Shown here: positions 24,401 through 32,673 of the stretch, piece by piece
Layout: each line of letters opens with the position of its first letter
How positions within the stretch are numbered: position 1 is the stretch's first letter
Assembly: GCA_963813535.1 (NCBI GenBank)
Contig: CAWEZH010000003.1
Coordinates: 224,001 to 288,000, forward strand
DNA: 64,000 nt
DNA from: an uncultured Chloroflexia bacterium
GTDB lineage: Bacteria; Chloroflexota; Limnocylindria; Limnocylindrales; CSP1-4
Direction of reading: 5' to 3'
Position numbers and translations under genes: made by a program
Notes under the pieces: generated by a model
Told to the model about the DNA's origin: nothing
Seen by the model: only the letters and a program-made list of their open reading frames with translations
Databases searched by the model: none

Positions 24401-24868
24401 CGTCGCGTCACCCCATCCGATCGCGTCCACGACCGCGCCACCGACGACCCGTAGCGCCACAGCGCCGCCCGTCGCCGCGAAACCGCCGGTAAAGGAGGCG
24501 TCGCCCAGGCCCACGAATGAGCCCGCGCCGTTGACGACGAGGATCCGCTGGCCGGACGCGAGGATGGTCGACACGGTCCACGTGGCCTTGCGCGTCACTG
24601 TCGAGCCGCTCGACGTCGCGTACACGAGCTCGAGACCGATCAGGTCGGTCGGTCCCGCGGCCTGGTTCGCGATCTCGACGAACTCGTCCGACGCGCTCGA
24701 TCCCCCGGTCTGCAGTTCCGACAGGACGAGGGTCGACGGCGGCCACGGGACGGTGGCGGCGAGTGCGACGGTCGCACCCGTGGGGATCGCGGCCGCCGGC
24801 AGGCTCGACAGGCACAGGGCGACGACGAGAAGGGGCGCGACAGCTGCCGCGCGCCGGACGCGTTGCAT
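21446..24868 (-). CDS. Secreted, membrane-anchored protein: lamin-tail domain plus multiple OB folds with Pro/Thr linkers
   Basis: Signal peptide; LVLSELQTGG..DEFVEIAN..VDAIGWG..SLER..NDNSIDW (LTD); repeated V(Q/A)DxSGG...G.V.V.G.V units; C-terminal TM followed by RRRH. Confidence 0.8.
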   Translation of the reverse strand: MQRVRRAAAVAPLLVVALCLSSLPAAAIPTGATVALAATVPWPPSTLVLSELQTGGSSASDEFVEIANQAAGPTDLIGLELVYATSSGSTVTRKATWTVSTILASGQRILVVNGAGSFVGLGDASFTGGFAATGGAVALRVVGGAVVDAIGWGDATNAFVEGTVAPAPPASSSLERRPGGTAGNASDANDNSIDWFVTASPGPQNLASPFVPSPGATPGPTATASAEPTATPTAEPTATPTAEPTATPTAEPTATPTAEPTATPTPSPTTEPTVSPTPTPTPSTVPIAEARARPDGTIVTIAGVLTTDLGALEAGHGAFVQDDSGGVAIYLEAAVVSPLVAGTSVVVLGSVDDRFAQRTIRANEADVVATGTAPLPVPFTSSTGAAVEPVEGRRLLVAGDVVAGPDSLADGTAVTVDDGSGPTRVIVTPGALGGRALDLGSRITTVGPLGQRDSSGTGLAGYRLFVTVHADLVVAPPPTPTPTSAPTPSQTPTPTPSSTGSPGPTPTTSPTPSSSPTPATPSIADVRALPMGSTASVRGIVTAETGRLGTQGLVAIADASGGIVVKLPSGITPPARGRVVSVTGKVADPYGQIEIRPAASGITFEGTAALPAPIDVPVAGPNELIEGRLVRVTGVVAERPTRVDSGDIRLLIEVASGTKVRVMADASSGLKQTSFMKGARYRIVGVAGQRATQKGALDGYRVWARDRHDVTLLAAAPKPSPSAGQPGASNGPGPSVVSIATALRTTDRDIAIDAVVTAGTKLLDSSGRRIVVQDATGAIEVLIPKDASAPSVGSRVRAVGRVGTAYGAPRLRAESLDRRGSATVPAPLRVNGPLTTSHTWRLVSVTGRVDDVTKLGERWRAEIVVGATRLVVVAQPGARIPNTALAEGRVADVVGIVRPAYPSASDKRPSILPRSTADVRQRGAASSSGAGAASDTRAGASTGPSARTTDAIDADLVDLASLRGSVVRVGGLVVDLRSDGFMLDDGTAVGRVVLTGAASDWVGLVEPGDAINATGRVETQADGEPALVVTDPSALVLGSALDRIDAGADPDLSPAPTLESQTDVRSAGFADAGGLVPGAGAGLAGLLLVALASVAMTVLRRRHGRRLLAERVATRLAGLTSSAGPDRGERVPPIGVQDLH
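24078..24193. repeat. 24-bp tandem repeat, about 4.8 copies, encoding AEPTATPT
   Basis: Unit GTCGCGGTCGGCTCGGCAGTCGGC at 24081, 24105, 24129, 24153 and partial at 24177. Confidence 0.9.
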
Positions 24869-25034
24869 GCGTGACCTCCCGGCGGGGACCGAGCGGGCGG
24901 CGGCGCGTGGCGATTGAAGCAGCCTGCGTTCGACGGGGACTCAACCGTGGATGCACCCGCACACATCGCGGGCCTCCTGGGCACCCATCGACTACGATGG
25001 CCCGCACCGAACCCCGACCGAACCAGGAGACAGC

Positions 25035-25763
25035 GTGGCGCGCGCCAAAAGGACCCACCGGGCCGAGGCCCGTCGTCGCTATCGCAATGATCAGGCGCTG
25101 GCCGACCAGATGGATGACGGCGACGACATCGAGGCGCCCGAGTCATCCGCCAGCCAGCCCTCCCGAGCCGGGACCACGACGCCCGAACCCGCACGCGGCG
25201 GTGTCGGCAACGCGTTCCGCCAGGCCTTCCGGCCGCTCGACATCCGGTCCGACCTGCGCGCGCTCCCGGAGCTGGTTCGCAGCAAGGCGTTGTGGATCCC
25301 GATCGCGCTGACGCTCGCCGCGACGGTCCTGTTCATCGTCATCCGCCCGGAAGGACGGACCGACATCGTCGGCGTGCTGACCGTGTTCCTGTACCAGTAC
25401 TTCGTCGTGACGCCGGCGATCGGCGGCGTGTTCATCGCCGGCTTCATGGCCCCACGCGCGAGCTGGCTCCTCGGCATCCTCGTCGGGCTCGTCGCCGCCG
25501 CGTCCTACTCGTTCCTCGTGCTCCAAGGCTTCGTCGGACTTGCCCCGACCGCGGAGACGCAAGGTCTCGCGCGCGACGTCGTGCTCGCATCGTTCGTGCT
25601 GTCCCCGGCCGTGGGGGCGTTCTTCGCCTCGACTGCCGCCTGGTATCGACGCTTCCTGTACCTGTCGAACCCCAATCGTGGCCGGCCGAAGAGCGGGACT
25701 TCATCGCGACCCGACGGTCGATCACGTTCCGGCTCGAGCCAGAAGGCCAGCGCCCGCCGCTGA
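25035..25763 (+). CDS. Hypothetical membrane protein with basic N- and C-termini
   Basis: RBS AGGAG before GTG; MARAKRTHRAEARRRYR, then about 4 TM segments. Confidence 0.75.
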   Translation: MARAKRTHRAEARRRYRNDQALADQMDDGDDIEAPESSASQPSRAGTTTPEPARGGVGNAFRQAFRPLDIRSDLRALPELVRSKALWIPIALTLAATVLFIVIRPEGRTDIVGVLTVFLYQYFVVTPAIGGVFIAGFMAPRASWLLGILVGLVAAASYSFLVLQGFVGLAPTAETQGLARDVVLASFVLSPAVGAFFASTAAWYRRFLYLSNPNRGRPKSGTSSRPDGRSRSGSSQKASARR

Positions 25764-25775
25764 CCGCGCCCGGGC

Positions 25776-25843
25776 GAAGGCGGAGGCGAGCACCACAGCG
25801 AGCGCACTCGAAGTGCGTGAGCGAGGAGCGCAACCTCCAACGC
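25776..25843 (+). repeat. Structured intergenic repeat, copy A
   Basis: GAAGGCG..CGAGCAC...AGCGAGCGCACT....GTGCGTGAGCGA....GCGCA...CAACGC; aligns by eye with 51430-51499 on the minus strand. Confidence 0.7.
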
Positions 25844-25884
25844 CCGCCCGGACGTCCAGCCGCGACAGCCACGTTGACCGGCAA

Positions 25885-28800
25885 TCACCCGAGGCGGCGC
25901 ATACCGGCGTGGCCCATCTGCCGAACGCCACCCGGCTGTTCAGGCCCACCGGCCGTGGCGGCCACCTCGGAGAGCGGCTGGACCGCATGCGCCACGAGAT
26001 TGACGACCGACCCCTCTCGCTGCAGCTCGCCATCGACCAGCAGCAGGGCGTGGCGACGGACCACCCCGCGTAGTCGCTCCCAGGTGGTCGGCCAGAGCGT
26101 GACGTTGACCATGCCGGTCTCGTCCTCGAGCGCGAGGAAGACCGTGCCCTTGGCGGTCATCGGGTGTTGCCGGGTGACCACCAACCCGCCGACCCGCACC
26201 CTGCCTGGCTTGCTGTCCGACAACGACGCGTTCGTCACCGCGCCGAGTCGATCCAGCGCCCCGCGGAACAGTCCGACAACCTGACGCTGCGCATCGACGC
26301 CGAGGACGGCGTACGCATCGCCGAGCCGCTCCGACTCGGTGATCGCGGGAAGGTCCGGCACGTCGGTCGGCGGCAGGCGCAGATCCATCGGTCGACCGGC
26401 GGCGGCACCACGCTTCCCGGCGGCGCGGCCCAGGGCCCGGACGGTCCGCCCGTCCATCCGGCCACGCGACGCGCCGGCGACCTCGCGCAGCTGCCACAGG
26501 AGCTCACGCCGTGGCCGCCCGAGCGAATCCATCGCCCCGCTTCGGATCAGCCGCTCGAGCACCTCTTCGGGCAGGTCGGTCCGTTCCACGACGTCGACCA
26601 GGCTGCGATACGGGCCGCGTGCCCGCTCGGCATCAAGCAACGCCTCGTGCTGCTCGCCGATCCCCTTCACGAGGTGCAGCCCGAGTCGAACGCCCCAGCC
26701 ACCGGTCGCCGACGGCGTCCATCGCTCGCGGGCCTCGCCCGACGGCACGATGCAGCCGGATGAGATGACCGTGTCCGGCTGGCCGTCCGCCCCGACCCAT
26801 TCCGTCGTCGTCTTGTACGACGACGTGTTGATATCGACCGGCAGGACCGCGACACCGTGGCGCTTCGTGTCGTTGACGAGGACCTCGACCGGGTAGAACC
26901 CCATCGGCTGGGCATTGATCAGACCGACCAGGAACTGGGCCGGATAGAACAGCTTGAGGAACGACGACTCGTAGGCGGTCCGGGCGAACGCCGCGGCATG
27001 GCTCTTGGCGAACCCGAACGAGGCGAACGCCGAGACCTGCCGGAACAGCTCCTCGGCATCGGGCTCGGTCATGCCCGGCTGGCGCAGCGCTCCCTCGACG
27101 AACTGCGCATGGAGCTTCTCCATCTCGCGCGAGGAGCGCCACGTGCCCATCGCCCGGCGGAACCCATCCGACTCTGCCGGCGAGAACCCCGCGACCTCGA
27201 TGGCGATGCGCATCACCTGCTCCTGGTAGAGGATCACGCCGAGCGTGTCCTGAAGCACCGGCTCGAGGCTCGGATGGAGGTAGACCACCGGCTCGAGACC
27301 CTGCTTGCGGCGCAGGAACGGGTGGACGGCGTTGCCCTGGATCGGGCCCGGCCGGATGATCGCGACCTCGACCACCAGGTCGTCGAGGGTTTGCGGCTTC
27401 GACTTCGGGAGCGTCTGCATCTGCGCCCGGCTCTCGACCTGGAAGACCCCCACGGTGTCGGCCGCCTGGAGCATCTCGAAGACCTCGGGGATCTCCTCGG
27501 GCAGACGGTCGAGGTCGAGGCAGATGGCGCAGTCGTGCTCGATGAGCTGGAGCGTCTCGTCGATCGCGGCCAGCATGCCGAGCCCGAGCAGATCGAGCTT
27601 GATGAGCTTGAGCGTCTCGACGTCGCGCTTGTCGAACTGGACCACGACCCGGTCGGGCATCGTCGCCTTCTCGAGCGGCGCGATATCGATCAGCGGCGCG
27701 GCCGTCACCAGCATCCCGCCCGAATGGATCGACAGGTGGCGCGGGAAGCCGTCGATGCGCGCGCAGAACTCGAGCCAGCGTTCCCAGTGGGACAGCCCCA
27801 CCGTCGAACCGCCACGGGCTCGAGGCGGCTCCTCCGGCTCGATGCGAGCGACCGAGCTCGAATTCGCTGGCGTGGGCGGCGGGTCCCACATGCTCGGGCG
27901 GCCGAGCCGATCGGTCTTGCGGGGTGGCGACAGCTGCATGCCGCTCTCCGGGTCCAATCCTCGGGCCGATGGCGTCGCGGAGCTCCGCCTCGGACCTCGG
28001 AGCGAACCTCGCCGATCCGCCGGACCCGCGCCCTGTCCCTGGTCCGGGTAGCCGGTCCCTCGCCCGGCACGCAGCCACGCGACGCTCGCCGGGGTGTCGC
28101 CTGGACCGCCCTCGTCGTCGGACGGCCCGTGGCGGATCGTCGTCACCGGCGCGAGCGGATCCTCGGCGGATGCCTCCCGCATCCAGGCGAACGGTCGCGG
28201 TGCGTCGGGGTCCTCCGGTCTGGGCGGCTGGCGCCAGGGTGGCACCTTCCCCACGAGCGGGATCCGCGTGTTCAACTGACCCATCCGGTCGACGAGACCG
28301 TGCGCCTCGGCTTCCTCGGCCGCACGTGCCTCGCCAGGCAGACCCTCCCCCGTCCGTCGGAAGAACTCGGCGAACCCGCCGTCGGCCTCGAGGTCGCGCC
28401 GGACCATCACCGAGTCGTACGTTTCGAGCGCCTTGGCCACCCGATCGACGAGCGGTCGCGGGAACCCCAGCGCGTAGCCCACCTCACGGACCGCCGAACG
28501 CGCCCGGTACGTGACGAGGTTGCAGACCATCCCCGTGTGCTCCGGCCCGTAGCGTCGGTAGATGTACTGGATGACCTCCTCCCGGCGCTCCGAGCTGAAA
28601 TCGATGTCGACGTCCGGGTACGTCGTCCGACCGGGATTGATGAACCGTTCGAACAGGAGGTTGTGGGCGATCGGCTCGACTCGGCTGATCCCGAGCGTGT
28701 ACGACACGATCGAGCTGGTCGCACTGCCCCGGCCCTGGGCGGGGATCCCCCGTTCCCTGGCGAAGCGCATGAGGTCCCAGCAGATGAGGAAGAACTCGGC

Positions 28801-30003
28801 GAGGCCGGCTCGTTCGATCACGTCGAGCTCGTGGGCGAGCCGCGTGACCACGGCAGAGGTCAGCGGGTGGTAGCGATAGCGGGCACCCGCCCAGCACAGC
28901 TCCGACAAGTAGGAGAACGGCGTCTCCCCGGACGGCACCGTGAACCCCGGGAAGCGGTACTGCTCGAACTCGAGATCGAGCGCGCACGACGCGGCCAGCT
29001 CGACCGACGTCGCGATGCCCTCACGCCAGGCCCGTGCCGTGTCCGCGTCGAACCCGGTGGCGACTGCCGCCATCTCGTCGCCCGACTTCACGAACGACTC
29101 GGCGTCGGGTCGCCGCAGGTCGGCCAGGGTGTCGAGTGTCCGGCCATGGCGGATCGCGGTCAGGACGTCGTGGAACTCGCGGTCGTCCGGGGTCGCGTAG
29201 TGGACGTCGTTGGTGACCACGACCGGCAGACCGAGCTCCGCCGCGAGCGCCGCGGACTCCGCCACGAGCCAGTCGTCATCGGGGAGCAGGTGGTGCGAGA
29301 GCTCGATGAAGAAGCCGCTGGTCGACGGCCCGTCGCCACGGCCGAAGAGCGCGGCGTAGCGCTCGGCGACGGCACGGGCGCCGGCTCGATCGCCGACTCG
29401 CAGTCGCCGGGCGATCTCGCCGTCACGGCAGCCGGACAGCGCGACGATGCCCTCGTGCTCCGCCTCGAGCAGCTCGTGCCGGAAGCGGGGCACGGCCTTC
29501 GTCCCGGACATGTTCGCCCGGGAGATCACCCTGCTCAGGCTGCGCCAGCCGACCGGGGAGCGCGCGAGCAGCACGAGGTGCGGTCCGCGCGCCCGGTCGC
29601 CGATGCCGCGGAAGTCCTCCTTGACCGGATCGCGGTGGCCGGGAAGCTTCGCCCGCCGCGGCCTCGGTCGGGCCGGCCGACCCTCGGTCACGAGTGGCTC
29701 CGTCGCCGCGGGCTCGGCGCGGCGCCGGCGCGGTCGACGTCGGGGCGGGATGACGACGGCATCGGGATCCGGTACGGCCGGGTCCAGCAGGCCGATCTCC
29801 GTGCCGACGATGCCATGCAGTCCGGCCTCCTCGGCCGCACCCATGAACCGCACCGCGCCGTACAGGCCGTTGTGGTCCGTGACCGCCAGGCCGCGCAAGC
29901 TTTTGGCAACCGCATGGTCGACCAGATCATCCGGCGCCGAGGCCCCGTCGAGGAACGAGAAGTTGGTGTGGGCGTGGAGCTCGGCGTAGGGGATGGTCGC
30001 CAC
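25885..30003 (-). CDS. dnaE2: Error-prone DNA polymerase III alpha (DnaE2/ImuC) with large insertions
   Basis: YAELHAHTNFSFLDG, GRGS, PDVDIDF, PRHLSIHSGG, GVFQVESRAQM, FAKSHA, NAQPMGFY, RQHPMTAKG, LEDETG; start moved to GTG 30003. Confidence 0.95.
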   Translation of the reverse strand: MATIPYAELHAHTNFSFLDGASAPDDLVDHAVAKSLRGLAVTDHNGLYGAVRFMGAAEEAGLHGIVGTEIGLLDPAVPDPDAVVIPPRRRPRRRRAEPAATEPLVTEGRPARPRPRRAKLPGHRDPVKEDFRGIGDRARGPHLVLLARSPVGWRSLSRVISRANMSGTKAVPRFRHELLEAEHEGIVALSGCRDGEIARRLRVGDRAGARAVAERYAALFGRGDGPSTSGFFIELSHHLLPDDDWLVAESAALAAELGLPVVVTNDVHYATPDDREFHDVLTAIRHGRTLDTLADLRRPDAESFVKSGDEMAAVATGFDADTARAWREGIATSVELAASCALDLEFEQYRFPGFTVPSGETPFSYLSELCWAGARYRYHPLTSAVVTRLAHELDVIERAGLAEFFLICWDLMRFARERGIPAQGRGSATSSIVSYTLGISRVEPIAHNLLFERFINPGRTTYPDVDIDFSSERREEVIQYIYRRYGPEHTGMVCNLVTYRARSAVREVGYALGFPRPLVDRVAKALETYDSVMVRRDLEADGGFAEFFRRTGEGLPGEARAAEEAEAHGLVDRMGQLNTRIPLVGKVPPWRQPPRPEDPDAPRPFAWMREASAEDPLAPVTTIRHGPSDDEGGPGDTPASVAWLRAGRGTGYPDQGQGAGPADRRGSLRGPRRSSATPSARGLDPESGMQLSPPRKTDRLGRPSMWDPPPTPANSSSVARIEPEEPPRARGGSTVGLSHWERWLEFCARIDGFPRHLSIHSGGMLVTAAPLIDIAPLEKATMPDRVVVQFDKRDVETLKLIKLDLLGLGMLAAIDETLQLIEHDCAICLDLDRLPEEIPEVFEMLQAADTVGVFQVESRAQMQTLPKSKPQTLDDLVVEVAIIRPGPIQGNAVHPFLRRKQGLEPVVYLHPSLEPVLQDTLGVILYQEQVMRIAIEVAGFSPAESDGFRRAMGTWRSSREMEKLHAQFVEGALRQPGMTEPDAEELFRQVSAFASFGFAKSHAAAFARTAYESSFLKLFYPAQFLVGLINAQPMGFYPVEVLVNDTKRHGVAVLPVDINTSSYKTTTEWVGADGQPDTVISSGCIVPSGEARERWTPSATGGWGVRLGLHLVKGIGEQHEALLDAERARGPYRSLVDVVERTDLPEEVLERLIRSGAMDSLGRPRRELLWQLREVAGASRGRMDGRTVRALGRAAGKRGAAAGRPMDLRLPPTDVPDLPAITESERLGDAYAVLGVDAQRQVVGLFRGALDRLGAVTNASLSDSKPGRVRVGGLVVTRQHPMTAKGTVFLALEDETGMVNVTLWPTTWERLRGVVRRHALLLVDGELQREGSVVNLVAHAVQPLSEVAATAGGPEQPGGVRQMGHAGMRRLG

Positions 30004-30048
30004 AGCGGTCGCCTCGATCGGACCAGTGGAAGGGGGTTGACAATCATA

Positions 30049-30060
30049 GAACAAATGTTC
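30049..30060. promoter_or_regulatory. LexA (SOS) box upstream of dnaE2
   Basis: GAAC-AAAT-GTTC abutting a minus-strand -10 TATGAT. Confidence 0.85.
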
Positions 30061-30152
30061 ACTGTCCGGACGCGAAACAAGTCGGGTGGGTTCGGCGTCT
30101 CTTGGGCATGCACGCACCCATCCAGCTCGATCGCCCGCTCCGACCGGTCGCC

Positions 30153-30251
30153 ATGACCGCGCTCCGGACGGCACTGGGTGTGATAGGCGCGCTGCTCTTG
30201 ATCCTCGTCGTCCTGCCCTCCCTCCTGGAGGCCCAGTCGGCGGCGATCTAG
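30153..30251 (+). CDS. Putative 32-aa single-TM peptide
   Basis: MTALRTALGVIGALLLILVVLPSLLEAQSAAI; below the ORF-track cutoff. Confidence 0.45.
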   Translation: MTALRTALGVIGALLLILVVLPSLLEAQSAAI

Positions 30252-30357
30252 CCACTACATAGCGTCTCGGCGCCTGGGGGCTCGGGACGATCGGCGGCCT
30301 TGACCGCGATGGTCGGGAGCCGACCTGCCGGACCGCTGGTGAGCATCGGTCCGGCAC

Positions 30358-30392
30358 ACAGGACCCCGTCGCTGGGGGCGACGGGGTCCTGT
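30358..30392. repeat. Hairpin repeat, copy 1
   Basis: ACAGGACCCCGTCGC-TGGGG-GCGACGGGGTCCTGT, perfect 15-bp stem. Confidence 0.85.
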
Positions 30393-30490
30393 CACGTCCG
30401 GCGCGCGGGATCCGAGCGACGTATACAAACTATGGGCAGCGCGACGTGCCAAGGAGCTGGATACGACTCGATAGGGTGAAGGGAGCCGCT

Positions 30491-30766
30491 ATGTACGCCG
30501 TCGTGGTTCGAGAGACCGGACAACGTGAGGCGATCGAGGGCAGCGGGGAGCTTCTCGCGGCGAACCTGTTGCCCCGTGTCCGTGAGGCGCCGGGGGTAGT
30601 CTCGGCCTCCTTCATGTCGGACGGGAAGGGCGCGACCCTGAACGTGATCGTCTTCGAAAGTGAGGAAGCAGCGCGAGCCGCTCTCCAGCTCACCCGCAAT
30701 GCCCCACGTCCAGGGTTCCTCGAGCTGGAGAGCGCCGACCTCTACATGGTGCTCGCGCACTTCTGA
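30491..30766 (+). CDS. Small hypothetical protein (ABM/dimeric alpha-beta-barrel-like)
   Basis: RBS GGGAG; LPRVREAPGVVSA, VIVFESEEAARAA pattern. Confidence 0.65.
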   Translation: MYAVVVRETGQREAIEGSGELLAANLLPRVREAPGVVSASFMSDGKGATLNVIVFESEEAARAALQLTRNAPRPGFLELESADLYMVLAHF

Positions 30767-30827
30767 TGACTCGACCTCATGACATTGGCGAACGCTGAGC
30801 GACGCACGACCGAGAGAAGGGAGCGAG

Positions 30828-31424
30828 GTGACCCACCCGATCGCGGACATCATCGGCGACTACCGGGGGTTCGCGGCCGAGCAACGCGACCGCCTTCTCG
30901 CGCGCGGCATCGACATTGCCCCGTACGCGCTCAGCCACCTCGCCTTCCGCGTGCCCGAGTGGGACCAGTACGTGCACGTCCGGACGCTCCTGGAGCGCCA
31001 CGCGGTCGCCAATCGCGAGAACTTATGGAACGGCCGACCTATCTCCTTGATCCTTCCCGCCGAGCCGCTCGAGGTCCTTGACGGCAAAGCGGTTCCGATG
31101 ATCGAGCTCATCCCCCCAGTTCATCAGCGCGTCTACAAGATGGGCCTGGAGCACCTCGGCGTCGTCGTGGGTGACGGGTTCGACACGTTCGTCGAAGCCC
31201 ACAAGCCCGTCTTGACGGGCCAGCAGTTCCAAGGCCCGAACAGCACACCCGACCCGGTCTACATCCTGTTCGAGGACTTCACGCACGTGAAGTTCTATCG
31301 ACTCTCACTGCAGGCATCCGTCGAACTCTTCGGTGACCGGTTCGACGACGGGTTCCAGCACATCGAGGGCTGGGTGCCCCAGCGGCTGGTCACCGCGACC
31401 GGCCCGAATCCACTCCCGCGATGA
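30828..31424 (+). CDS. VOC-family (YecM-like) protein
   Basis: SHLAFRV, NGRPISLI, IELIPP, GLEHLGVVV, VKFY. Confidence 0.75.
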   Translation: MTHPIADIIGDYRGFAAEQRDRLLARGIDIAPYALSHLAFRVPEWDQYVHVRTLLERHAVANRENLWNGRPISLILPAEPLEVLDGKAVPMIELIPPVHQRVYKMGLEHLGVVVGDGFDTFVEAHKPVLTGQQFQGPNSTPDPVYILFEDFTHVKFYRLSLQASVELFGDRFDDGFQHIEGWVPQRLVTATGPNPLPR

Positions 31425-31623
31425 CCGACGTGCCTCAGAATCTCGTGTTCAGGAGTGACACTCCGCGACGCTGAGTGAGCACGGCGATGACCGTCAGGTC
31501 GGGCCTGCAAGGTTTTCGTTCCACGTGACGTCCGCGAACACGTCGTTGATACGCGGGTCCCAGCGTGTCGACCGACAACGAACGGTCTGCACCGTACCCC
31601 GGCTGACACCGCCTACCCGCAAC

Positions 31624-31660
31624 ACAGGACCCCGTCGCATTGGGGGCGGCGGGGTCCTGT
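31624..31660. repeat. Hairpin repeat, copy 2
   Basis: ACAGGACCCCGTCGC-ATTGGGG-GCGGCGGGGTCCTGT, near-identical to 30358-30392. Confidence 0.85.
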
Positions 31661-31684
31661 CGTTGCCCGGGCTAGACTCCCCCG

Positions 31685-32210
31685 ATGTCCACGCGAGCCC
31701 GCCGCCTCCTGCTGACGCTCCCCGCCGTCGCGCTGATCCTCACCGCGTGTGGCCCGACGCCGAGCCCGGCGCCCAGCTCCGTCACGAGCCCGTCGTCGAG
31801 CGCGTCGAACCCGGCGGCGGCCACGCCGAGCGAGGCCACCGAGTCGGGGTCGCCCGCCGCCTCGGTGGCCGGCCAGACCGACACTGCCTGGGGCCGCATC
31901 TGGGACACGGTCCCGGATGGCTTTCCACGATTCCCCGGCGCCACTCCCGCCGACGACGCGAGCAGCGAGCCGGCGAGCGCCCGATACGCCGTCCCGGGCG
32001 GCGATCCGCAGGCGATCGCGACATGGATGCAGGGTGCGCTCGAGATCGCGACCTTCAGCACGGCGGGCTTGAACGGTCCGGCCGAGGACGGCAGTTTCGT
32101 CATCGACTCGGTCGGCGAGGGCGACTGTGTCGCTCCAGACGACCATCGCCCCGCTCGGCGACACGACCTTCGTCACCGTCCTGTACGGCGCGGCCTGCCC
32201 CGCAACCTAG
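31685..32210 (+). CDS. Putative lipoprotein with an apparent frameshift near 32130
   Basis: Lipobox LTAC and Ser/Pro linker; after GEGDC a shifted frame continues LQTTIAPLGDTTFVTVLYGAACPAT*. Confidence 0.65.
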
Positions 32211-32306
32211 GCGTGTCGAAGATGCGACACGCGCGGGGTTCGCCGGACGGTATGCTGCCTCCCGAACGCCCGGAAGCTCGGGACCGGGACGGGGGACCTT
32301 CGCCAC

Positions 32307-32411
32307 ATGCAATCGACAAGGCCTCGGGAACTCGGCGCGCTGATCCTCGCGATCGGCGTCCTGCTGGTCCTCTTCGTCGTCACCCTGGCCCTCGGGGGCC
32401 CGCTTCGCTGA
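32307..32411 (+). CDS. Putative 34-aa single-TM peptide
   Basis: MQSTRPRELGALILAIGVLLVLFVVTLALGGPLR; GGGGGA upstream; GC3-rich codons. Confidence 0.5.
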   Translation: MQSTRPRELGALILAIGVLLVLFVVTLALGGPLR

Positions 32412-32424
32412 CTGCCTGGGCGCC

Positions 32425-32673
32425 TTAGTCGTACAGGCGCTCGAGGTGCCAGGTCCCGGCGATGCGGTCCTGGTAGATGAGGGCGAGCCAGCGCTTCCCC
32501 GCCACCTTGGCGTAGTCGCGCGCGATCGGGTCGCGCCACCACGACTCCTCGACCCGCCATCGATTGCAGACCTCGACCGCCTCGCGCCGGCCGTTCCAGC
32601 TGATGGCCACGAGCCGGCCGTCGATATCGAGCTCGACGTCGATGCGAGGGTGCTCGCGCAACAGTCGGGTCAT
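32425..32673 (-). CDS. Small Trp-rich mutasome-associated protein (DUF6504-like), 82 aa
   Basis: RWRVEESWW..RDY..LIYQDRIAGTWHLERLYD; ATG overlaps the imuB stop. Confidence 0.8.
   Translation of the reverse strand: MTRLLREHPRIDVELDIDGRLVAISWNGRREAVEVCNRWRVEESWWRDPIARDYAKVAGKRWLALIYQDRIAGTWHLERLYD

Noticed and set aside
27800-28360. Intein in DnaE2
   Set aside because: No N-terminal Cys/Ser block, no His-Asn terminus and no LAGLIDADG motif
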